From: Macrostomum lignano
Taxonomy: Eukaryota
Reading direction: 5' to 3'
Assembly (NCBI GenBank): GCA_002269645.1
Contig: NIVC01000010.1
Location: 868,001-932,000, forward strand
Length of the DNA: 64,000 nt
Shown piece after piece: positions 37,501 to 47,222 of this stretch. The notes beneath the pieces are model-generated. The model had not been told where the DNA came from. It searched no databases and saw nothing but the letters and a program-made list of their open reading frames with translations. Made by a program: the position numbers and the translations under genes. How positions within the stretch are numbered: the stretch's first letter is position 1; each line of letters begins with the position of its first letter.

Positions 37501-39788
37501 GTTCAGGTCTTTGTCATAGCTTAGCATCAAAATACAGTTCAGGTCTTTGTCATAGCTTAGCATCAAAATACAGTTCAGGTCTTTGTCATAGCTTAGCATC
37601 AAAATACAGTTCAGGTCTTTGTCATAGCTTAGCATCAAAATACAGTTCAGGTCTTTGTCATAGCTTAGCATCAAAATACAGTTCAGCTCTTTGCCATAGC
37701 CTAACATCAAAATACAGTTCAGGGCTTTGTCATAGCTTAGCATCAAAATACAACTGGTCTTTGTCATAGCTTAGCATCAAAATACAACTGGTCTTTGTCA
37801 TAGCTTAGCATCAAAATACAGCTCAGGTCTTTGTCATAGCTTAGCATCAAAATACAGCTCAGGTCTTTGTCATAGCTTAGCATCAAAATACAGCTCAGGT
37901 CTTTGCCATAGCTTAGCATCAAAATACAGCTCAGGTCTTTTTCATAGCTTAGCATCAAAATACAGCTCAGGTTTTTGTCATACTCACAAGAATATCCTCT
38001 TCAAGCAGGGCCTGGCCAGCCCATCGCAGCATCTGACTACGCCAGGCGTAACGAACAGACGATGGCGCCACAATTAACGCAGGCCAATCGTTAGCCCTAT
38101 AGTACAAAGCCACAGCAATAGCTTGCACAGTTTTTCCTAAGCCCATATCGTCGCCAATGAGAGCTCGGCCAAACTTGCTAATAACAAATTGCACTCCGCG
38201 AACTTGAAATGGCAGCAACGAGTTGGCCAAATCGCTGCCAATTACGCTGCCAAGTTGAGCTAAATCTGGTATGGCGGGCGATTGTGCCTTCGACTGCTGA
38301 GCCTATGTGTGCAATTGGAAATGGAAATTTTATGTAGCTCATATAGTAAATAAATGCAGCTCTTGCTTAATTACTTTTTAAAGTATTTTAAATTAAACTA
38401 GCAATTTGGGGAGCCAAAAAATATACAGTACAAGTTTTTTAATAAACTACATGTAGTGTTTCTTTGCAATAACCTCAGCAATCTATTGTAAGCATTGACA
38501 TCTTAGCAATTTCCCCCCCCCCCACAAGCCTTAACATATCAATCCCCCCTCCTTTCAAGAGATCTCAGCGATGACCACAATAAGCATTGAAATTTTTAAA
38601 ATCTGTTACCCTTCTAACCCTAACCCTAACCTTAAAGCATTGACATTTCAGGAATTCTCCCCAAGAGTCATTATAGCATTACAGCATTATAGCGATTATA
38701 GCTTGAGTGCCTAGGAATTATGCTATTGTGCTGAAAAAGATTCTAGAAGGGGGGGGTAGATTGGTAGAAGCTGCCAATTTTTACTAGGGTCGAGGTTTTG
38801 GAATGTCTGAGATGTCAAGGCTGAGAGGGGAATTGCTGAGATGTCAAGGCTGAGAGGGGAATTGCTGAGATGTCAAGGCTGAGAGGGGAATTGCTGAGAT
38901 GTCAAGGCTGAGAGGAGAATTGCTGAGATGTCAAGGCTGAGGGGGGAATTGCTGAGATGTCAAGGCTGAGAGGGGAATTGCTGAGATGTCAAGGCTGAGA
39001 GGGGAATTGCTGAGATGTCAAGGCTGAGGGGGAATTGCTGAGATGTCGAGGCTGACAGGGGGGAATTGCTGAGATGTCGAGGCTGACAGGGGGGAATTGC
39101 TGAGATGTCGAGGCTGACAGGGGAGGGGGATTCCTGAGATGTCGAGGCTGACAGGGGGGAATTGCTGAGATGTCGAGGCTGACAGGGGGGGGATTCCTGA
39201 GATGTCGAGGCTGACAGGGGGGAATTGCTGAGATGTCAAGACTGACAGGGGGAATTGCTGAGATGTCAAGACTGAGAAAACAGAAGCTATATGTAAAGAA
39301 AAAGTTATTCCATCCTTTGTTGCCTACTAACAGGGGGTGCTGATTGTTAAGTCTTGAAGCTAAAAATTAGTCTCCAATAGACTTATTTCAGATAGAAAAT
39401 GTTACAAGTGTGTAGCACTTACAGCGCTTGCAGAGGATTGAGGCGGATTATGCTGAGGCTGAGCTGGCCTATACCTTCTAGCCAGTATGCTAGCTATGAC
39501 TGGCGGCAATGGTTCGATTTTTAATTCGCGTTTCAAACTGGGATCCGCATCCCGCAGCAGGCGCATGAAGGTGTCATAGTCGCGAGCGTGAAATGACCAC
39601 CTACGCGTGGCTGGATCGTAATTCCTGGATGGCACAGACTTGAACAATTGCAATAGGCCCATGTGGTAGCCAATCTTCACTTCGAATTGGTTTTCATTTA
39701 ATAGCACTACTTTGCCTTCTAGCTTGGGAGTTGGCTGTTTCTGCTGGCATTGATGTCCTGGCTGGCCGCGGCCTCTCTGAGGCTGCAT
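31496..39788 (-). CDS. SMARCAL1: SMARCAL1/HARP annealing helicase, single HARP domain (~736 aa)
   Basis: Exons 39423-39788, 37988-38302, 35695-36162, 34929-35075, 33006-33386, 31824-32104, 31496-31748. HARP (FEVKIGYH...[11 protein letters not shown]), motif [66 protein letters not shown]. Confidence 0.96.
32125..32945. repeat. (TGAC)n microsatellite grading into the same 21-bp unit as 30510-31415
   Basis: Direct reading. Confidence 0.95.
33520..34555. repeat. (CTGT)n microsatellite
   Basis: Direct reading, with CTTAGTTT interruptions. Confidence 0.95.
35105..35665. repeat. 25-bp minisatellite
   Basis: Unit GATTTTCATGCTGAGATCTATGGGC. Confidence 0.95.
36370..37030. repeat. 34-bp minisatellite
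   Basis: Unit AAGTCTTTGTCACTGTTTAGCACCCAAACGCAAC. Confidence 0.93.
37400..37982. repeat. 36-bp minisatellite
   Basis: Unit CTTTGTCATAGCTTAGCATCAAAATACAGTTCAGGT. Confidence 0.95.
38805..39275. repeat. 28-30-bp minisatellite in SMARCAL1 intron 1
   Basis: Unit GGGGAATTGCTGAGATGTCAAGGCTGAGA. Confidence 0.92.
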
Positions 39789-40267
39789 AGTCAAGCTTCT
39801 AACTGCTTAACTAGAGTTTAATAATTAATCACATATGTAATAGTACATTTTTTCTGGTGACAGGCTGCAAACAATTAGGAGCAAAGAAAATAATGATTTA
39901 AAACTGCTAGAGCTAAAATTTTGCTTCTTTATAATCAAATAGAAGCTTGAAAGTTATGCTAAAACTTTAATAATTATAATAATAATAAATGTAGTTGATT
40001 ACCCCTGCACTAATGGGCAAATGATTGCTACACATACACAGCCCCTTAATCACCCCAGCTAATGCCAGTACCCTTTTTACAGCAGCTGGGTGAACTGAGC
40101 ATTGGACCCTTATATCCAATACTCTAACCACTAGGCTATATAGAACCCCAAAATTTTAGCACTACATAAGCCAATGAAAATGTACCAATGTTCATATAAA
40201 TGTCTGCTGCAAAAAAGAGAGGACTGGCATTACTTGACATATATCCCTATAGGAAAAAGTTGTAAAA

Positions 40268-40380
40268 CTACGGACGGCGTCCGGCACACTTTCGAAATTT
40301 TTCTAAAGCGCAGTGCGCGCACAGGCGCGTAGCGCCTGCACGCGCAGTGCCCTTTCCCACTGGCGGCTGCTCAAGCAAAT
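40268..40380 (-). promoter_or_regulatory. CpG-rich island, candidate promoter for SMARCAL1 or the whole minus-strand cluster
   Basis: Short GC/CpG-rich patch (cgcagtgcgcgcacaggcgcgtagcgcctgcacgcgc) in AT-rich DNA about 500 bp upstream of the SMARCAL1 ATG. Confidence 0.4.
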
Positions 40381-41014
40381 AAATATACATGGAAGGGGGC
40401 CTAATACCTCTGTAGAAGGAGCCTATACACTTGTTATTTATAATACCTAGCAATGTTCCAAAATTTCAATTTCAATTTTCCAAAATTCAAATTTTTTTAG
40501 AGCAAATTTTAATTTTGAAAAAAATTGGAAGTCAAAATTTTGAAAGTGTCTAAGTGGCTAAAAATCAACAGCGAGTAATTTCTGCTACATATACATGTAT
40601 TTTGTTTTGCATAAGCAGTAAATCAAAACGTAAAAAAGTAAGTGTTAGTCATATTAAACTTTGTTTTTCTGAATTTTGATTTTGGAAAATTTCAAGTTCA
40701 ATTTCAATTTTGGAAAGTTATCGAATTTCAATTTCAACAGATTGAAATGGTCGATTTTGTCAATTGCAATGGAACATCTCTAATAATGCTAAAGTGTGGT
40801 AAAATAACTTGACTCTACTCTAAAGCGCCCATCCACGGGTTTTCAACTTTTATTCCAATAGGGACATATATTTGCATTTTTCTAGGATGCTTATTGCACT
40901 TTGACTCATTAGCATTGCAATTGTAAATAAGTTGGCATATAAATTAACATAAAATTCCATTAGAACATTGGTGCAATGTCTAAAGCAAGTGTCAGCAAAC
41001 TTTACTGTAAGGGC

Positions 41015-41265
41015 CAGATAGAGAACCTAGAGCATGACTGTGGGTCAGATAGAGAACCTAGAGCATGACTGTGGGTCAGATAGAGAACCTAGAGCATGAC
41101 TGTGGGTCAGATAGAGAACCTAGAGCATGACTGTGGGTCAGATAGAGAACCTAGAGCATGACTGTGGGTCAGATAGAGAACCTAGAGCATGACTGTGGGT
41201 CAGATAGAGAACCTAGAGCATGACTGTGGGTCAGATAGAGAACCTAGAGCATGACTGTGGGCCAG
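41015..41265. repeat. 31-bp minisatellite, ~8 copies
   Basis: Unit CAGATAGAGAACCTAGAGCATGACTGTGGGT. Confidence 0.95.
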
Positions 41266-41778
41266 ATGAGGGGAGAGAGGAAACAGAATTTAGAAGAAAA
41301 AAGGAAGATATGAGGAGAGGTAAGAAAATAAAGAAAAGAGGAGACAAGAGGAGAGGAAAAAGGAGAGAAGAAAGGAGAGACTAAGAAAAGAAGAGAAGAG
41401 ATAAGAAGAGCACTGAGAAGAGATATAGACATTGAGTAGGCCAGATTGCTGTTATAAAGTTTCAAAGAACCCAAGGGCCAGGTAGAAAGGCTTTGCCAAC
41501 CAACCTCCAGTCTAAAGCATAAAAGCAAAAGACTATAATTTAAATTTGGTATAGTTATTATAGTATTTTGTTTACTTTTAGAAGCTCTGGAATATTATTT
41601 TAAATAACAATAAAGTAACTAAAAAATGAAATAATTAAATAACCCTAAAATTTTTAGTATAAACAGGCATATAGTTAAGAAAAAGTTACTTAATCAGTTT
41701 TTCAATGAACTTCTTATTCTATGTTATACAATGCTTAAACCATTGTAGTGAGTCGCTAGTTTAGTTAGGCGCTACACT

Positions 41779-42722
41779 AGTCAGCTGTTGCCCCTGCCTT
41801 CTCCCAGGTTTCTGTCTGCCGCTGGGCAGTTGCCTGTCCCTCCCGCCTGTCTTCTGGCCTGTCCCTTGCCCATTTGCCTGTCTGTCTGTTTGTCCTCGTT
41901 TGCCCCCTTTTGTTTCATTTTCCCTTTTTGCAGTGCCCAGACAGCTTGGTCTGGCCTGCCTCTGTTTTGTTCTCTGTCAGGCATCTCCAAATTTGGAGTG
42001 CCATTCCGTTTTCTGGTCCCACAGTCACGAGTGCCTTCGCTTGTGGGCCTTTTCCCCTTGTCATGTGAGTCAGTCACATGACAAAGCCTTCTTCCTTCTT
42101 TAGTCCAAAGTGCAATGATTTCATCATTGTACGCTGGGCTCGTGTTTATGGGGAGAACATGTGCGCCCGGACCACCCTTGCCTCCTCTGAGGCAGGGCCC
42201 ACTTGTTTGTTGCTAAAAATAGCAACAGAGTCACTTATGACTCTCAGCGGGGGCCTTTTGTGCTATGGTGCAATTGAGCCTCCCTATAAATGCGGCCCCT
42301 CTCATGGCTTGGCTCAGACAACCCTTTCTGTGCCCTCGCTCCATCTTCATTTCTTCTTTCCGCCGTTTTGCTCAGCGCGTGTGCTAAAGTTTAAACTCCA
42401 AGACTCCCGACTTTGTGTGTGACTGCCTCTGATTGTTCCTGCTATCAATTAGCAGGCCAGCTCGGATCACCCAAAGCTAGCACTTTCGCTCTCACCACGC
42501 ACCAGCCCGGCAGGGACTGCTGACAGTGGGCATCTCTGCCCGAGAACTGCTAAATCTGCACGAAGTACGAGTCTCTTTCTCTCGTCTTAGTTATTTGCTT
42601 CTACGAGCTCAGCACTTCACTGAAGGCTGCGACTCTGCGAAGCTAGTGGCAGCACTACCAATGCTACTAGATCAACCCGGAGACTTCCCAGAGGAGCTCA
42701 AGGTAGGCAGCTCTTGCGACTG
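41779..42722 (+). mobile_element. Truncated LTR retrotransposon: LTR (41779-42525), PBS-like TGG, gag stub
   Basis: Ends (A)GTCAGC...GCTGACA are inverted complements. TATAAAT at 42285, TGG at 42527, then a gag-like FSRLSYLLL...AKLVAALPMLL fragment. No TSD is testable. Confidence 0.5.
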
Positions 42723-45592
42723 ACAGGGAAGTAATAGACACAAACACTTCAACATGTATTGAAGGCATCAATAAGATTTAAAATATTTTTTCTAGTTTTT
42801 AGTCTATTACAATAAATCTCATTTGCTTGAGTAAAAAAATATCTTACTTTTAAAAATTGGTCAGTAATAGAAATTTAAGGAAATTTAACTAGTTTAAAAA
42901 AGTTTAATAAAGTTATCTATTTTATAGTTTAGAAAGTTGAAAAGATAAAATATTAAAATAGGGTGGAGCTAAAAAGAAGGTAAAAAGATAAAGACAAAAG
43001 GTAAAAATAAAAAATAAAAAATAAGGTTAAAGAACTTTTTATATTTAATTCAAGTTTTCAATACCTACATAACATATTTTTCCTAGAGTATCTTAATTGT
43101 AGCTTCAAAGGTAGTTGGCTTATTTTTTATGCAACTATTAAATTTTTAATAGTAACCTTATTTCTATGCCCAATTTTACTTAAGGTGCTTTTTCTATCAT
43201 CTATAGATAAGAATAAATCAAAATATAACTAGAATAGCCATGTTTATTCTTTGCAAAAATAGCTAAAATATGACAAAGGAAAGAAAAAGTATATTTTCTT
43301 TCTAATTTATGTTATATTCTATAGTTGTTTTGCAAAGTTATGAATTTGCAATAAAACAATATTTTATTTAAATTTGCTTTTTGCATACATTTTGGTCTTG
43401 GGTCTTAATAATATATCAAAATTGAATTTTGCTTTTGATGTTTCAAATTTTGAACCTAATTTTGCATTGAAACTAATTCAATTTTAATTTTGAATTATTA
43501 TACTAATAATTGAAAATCGATTCAAAACCTTGGTTATGTATTAACAATTAGGCATTCACAACCATGTCATTCAAGTAAAAAAATAAATAGAAATTAAAAA
43601 GAAGTAGGGTTCAACAACTTAGCAAGATGGTGAGAATCATCTTTTCTACCACACTCAGGAAGATTACATGTAAGCCGGAATTTTCCGGCCTACCATTGAG
43701 AAGTTTGGCTATTTTGGCATACCACTTTGGCGTACCACTTTGAGCTCGAGAAATTTTTGGCGTACCAATTTTGGTGAATAAATTGATGCGTCTAAAAAAA
43801 TTGTTATGTAAATTAACCTTTTTAGTTTTTACGTCAAATGAAGGAAAATTTATATAGTCTAGAAAGTCAGTGATAAACTTTTTGCTTTTTTACAATTAAC
43901 AATGAATAAAACTTGTGTAAATTATTGCTAAGAATGTAAATTTTGCATTCTTTTTTCTGTAGGTTTAATTCAAGTTTGTTTAAAATGAAAATATTTGTAA
44001 TATTTGAAAGAATTTTTGTACAAAAAACGTTTCTTAGAAAACTCAACTTGTGAAAACCGAATGACCTTTTTAGGAGGAATTTTTGGCATACATTTTAGAG
44101 AATTTTTTTGTTTTTGGCGAACACTGGCGTACATTTAGCTGAGATAGGATTCTTGTTCCGGCGTACACTACTACACAATCCGAACCGTGGCTTTTCTATA
44201 AGAAAAGATAATGTGGGGTATGCACATTATTCAAGGCCTTGTGCTATACCCACCTCAACCTCTATAGAAGCCTACTGGCTATACTCATTGGCTTAGATTT
44301 TAATTGGCTAAAGTTTAAGCCTTAATGAAATTGAACAAAATTGATTTATCTATTATCTAGAACTCTAATTAAAATAGCAGTAAAATGTAATAGTTTATAT
44401 TCTAAGTATCTCCTTTATATAAAGCTGAATGGACTAGCAGGTTTAACACGTATCTCTTCCTAGAAGGCTGGCAACTCAAATGTGGGACTTATAGGAATTG
44501 ATGCAAAATTTTCCTATGCAACAAATAGGTCTTAATTATCTTAAAAGTATAGATCTAAAGTTTCAAATATCTTGAAAATTTGATATTGTCTAACCTAGTG
44601 GCAGATTTAGAGAGAGACACATAAGGCATGTGTGGCAGGTACTTTGATAATAACTGTATTCACGTTGCCTTTCTTTACGCACAAATTTTGTTCCTGATAA
44701 AAAAACTTGACATCTATAAGCGCAAAATAATTTTTTCTTAGCCATAGATACTCACGTGCCATTAGTACTAGTAAATATGTTACCTAGTGGAAATTTTGTT
44801 TAATTATGTCCGCCATTTTTGCTGAAAAACATATAAATATAAGCGAAATAATTGACAGGAGAGCATACTCCTTGTCTAGCACTCTCTATTAGTCTAGCAA
44901 AGGTTTTAATTGGGCATTGCCTGACTCACTGTTCCTTATTTAGGCACTCAGCCCTTTCCCCAAGGCCTGTTCAGCCGAAGCATACAGCCTCTCCCCTCTC
45001 CCTAAGAAGGATCTTTTCAGCTATAAGCGTACAGCCTTTCCCCCTTTCAACCCCACAGACACGCGCAGTAATTACCTCACCCCTTCCCTAGTGAACAAGA
45101 GCTTCGTCTCTCTCCTTCCCTAACCCTCAGACCCCAGAATTTGACCTGGAGTTCCGCCAACTCCCTATCCGAACTCTAACTTCTGACTGACCCGGTATTC
45201 CGTTCCCCTACTTGGAAGTTTAACTATTAGAAAACCTGTCCCCCCCCTCTTAGCAATTTCGTTGAGCAGACTCTTCCCTATGAAAACATTCCCTATTAAT
45301 TATTAGAAAATCCCACTGTGCAATAATTCACTAGGCAACTCTGAACCGCCGCATAGCCCTCCCTCGGACAATTTTAATATATAGACAGTGTCTTGCCGCT
45401 TGGACACTTCACGCCCCCAGGAGCAACCCACGGCTTACTCCTGTTAGTAGTAGAATTTGCATCTTTCCTTATTCCCCAACTAAGTCCCTTGTGATAACTT
45501 GATAGAATAGGAGTCAGTAATCTCACCCTGCAACAGATTTAGCAACATCAGTAAGGTTTTAATAGAGTACCCAGGAACCCTGTAACAGATTT

Positions 45593-45606
45593 TGGTGGCT
45601 GCGGTA
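45593..45606 (+). other. Primer binding site, probably tRNA-Leu
   Basis: TGGTGGCTGCGGTA lies 5 nt after the LTR; its reverse complement resembles the tRNA-Leu 3' end ACCGC(T/A)GCCACCA. Confidence 0.65.
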
Positions 45607-45677
45607 AAGGATTAGAATCTGGTGAAATGCGCACTCAAACCCCAGTATAATTTTCCATCCCCTATCCCTGAAGTACA

Positions 45678-46667
45678 ATGGCCGCAGGAATTAACGAAGC
45701 CCTAGGACTCTTAGCTGAAGAGCTCCGCAACCGCTTAGAATTAGGTCCCCTCAGACATGTGAAGATCCAGAAGTACCTTCCCAGCCAAGATATTAGAATC
45801 TGGCTTACTGCATTTGACCAGAGATGTGAAAATGAAGGCATAGAAGAAGAAAACCGGAAGCAGGAACTGCTTACCAATTTAGACCTGAGTACTGTGTTTG
45901 CAGCAGTTCAACGCCTCAACCTCCCAGCTAATCTCCCCTATGAAGAGTTCAAAGAAAGACTAATCGAAAGATTTGGAAAAGTAGGTAGTTCCGCCGAATT
46001 TCGCGAAGAGTTTAGGAATCGCTGCCAAGGCAGAAACGAATCCACTGACAGCTTTGCCGATGCCCTAATAGAATTAGCCTCCCGCGCATTCCTGAACATG
46101 GATGCTGAGCAAAGAGAGGAAGAACTGGTCGAGCAGTTCATTAAAGGTGTGAGAACCCCTCCCGACACCCGTGAAAAGCTAATTTTTGCCCAACCGGCTA
46201 GTCTCCAAGCCGCCCGTAGAATGCTGCGCAGAATTGAAGCCGCTTACCAGATGTCCCACAAAGGTGGAATCCGAGTAACTAAAGATGAGAAAGAGGAGTA
46301 TAAAGGCAGAACCAATCAATTGATCATTGACCAGCAGACTAAGATTGACCGCCAAGAAAGGCTTATTCAGAACCTGCAGAAACAACTGGCCGAAACAACG
46401 CAATGCGCCCCGCCATCTCAGGTGTTCCCCCAGCAACAGTATAGACAGCCACCTCCTCAGCAGTACAAACAGCCAAATCCTCAGCTGTACAGACAGCCAC
46501 CCCAGCAGCAGTACAGGCCGCAACCTCAGCAGCAGTACAGGCCCCAGCTGATGAACCAACCGCCAAGGCGTGAACCCCCAAGAAGGAATGAGCGTCAGCC
46601 CCCCAATCCCAGATATGAGCCGCTGAAGTTCCGCAACCCCCGTGACTCCCAGAAGTCGGGAAACTGA
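45678..46667 (+). CDS. gag: Ty3/gypsy Gag, 329 aa, intact
   Basis: ATG ORF with capsid-like motifs (WLTAFDQRC, FRNRCQGRNES...FADAL, EQFIKG, PASLQAA), a coiled coil and a Q/P/Y-rich tail. No CCHC knuckle. Confidence 0.85.
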   Translation: MAAGINEALGLLAEELRNRLELGPLRHVKIQKYLPSQDIRIWLTAFDQRCENEGIEEENRKQELLTNLDLSTVFAAVQRLNLPANLPYEEFKERLIERFGKVGSSAEFREEFRNRCQGRNESTDSFADALIELASRAFLNMDAEQREEELVEQFIKGVRTPPDTREKLIFAQPASLQAARRMLRRIEAAYQMSHKGGIRVTKDEKEEYKGRTNQLIIDQQTKIDRQERLIQNLQKQLAETTQCAPPSQVFPQQQYRQPPPQQYKQPNPQLYRQPPQQQYRPQPQQQYRPQLMNQPPRREPPRRNERQPPNPRYEPLKFRNPRDSQKSGN

Positions 46668-47222
46668 GAAGCCAGGGTCGAGTTAAGAGGCCACGCCCCT
46701 CAGGCCAAAATATTGCTTACTCTCCGGCCTCCCCATCATTTCAAAATGCCCCCCAACCAAAATACCGGCAAACCTCCCCAGTACGGTTTCCGCTATCCCC
46801 GCAAAACCTCCCATGTACAGCCAATGCCTGTAAATAATGCGATATCTGTCTCCCCCAATAATTTTTCACTTCTTGCCTTTGATGATGCCGACGATGCCAT
46901 GCCAAATGCCCCCCATGACCCCCATGTGTACAATTCCCCTCATGCGACCACTTCCCATGTAACCAATGCGATTTCTGCTCATCACGCGTCCGCACCCTAT
47001 GTACCCACTGCGCTTGCACCCCATGTATCCCATGCGATTGAAGTCAATAATGCTCTATCCAGTGCTGAAACCCCCTCAAGGAAGCGACGAAAGCCAAAAC
47101 CTAATTCCCCATCCCGAATCGACCTGACCAAGCTAGAAGGCTATGAAGCTGTAATAGTCAGCGATATCCAGAAAGAATCGGTTGATTTCTTGCTAGACAC
47201 AGGCGCCAGAAATAAAAAATAA
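46668..47222 (+). pseudogene. Gag-pol spacer and aspartic protease N-terminus, truncated
   Basis: Same frame as gag after the TGA. Ends ...VDFLLDTGA (catalytic Asp at 47196), then the deletion junction. Confidence 0.75.

Noticed and set aside
292-37958. Many long low-complexity ORFs (e.g. 292-1485, 11820-12911, 21734-22580, 23781-25123, 30477-31388, 33449-34582)
   Set aside because: They are translations of stop-free tandem repeats inside introns, open in several frames and on both strands.
38614-38631. Interstitial telomeric repeat (CTAACC x ~3)
   Set aside because: Too short to distinguish from chance.
43700-44170. Four direct copies of (T/C)GGCGTAC as a MITE
   Set aside because: No terminal inverted repeats or TSD found.
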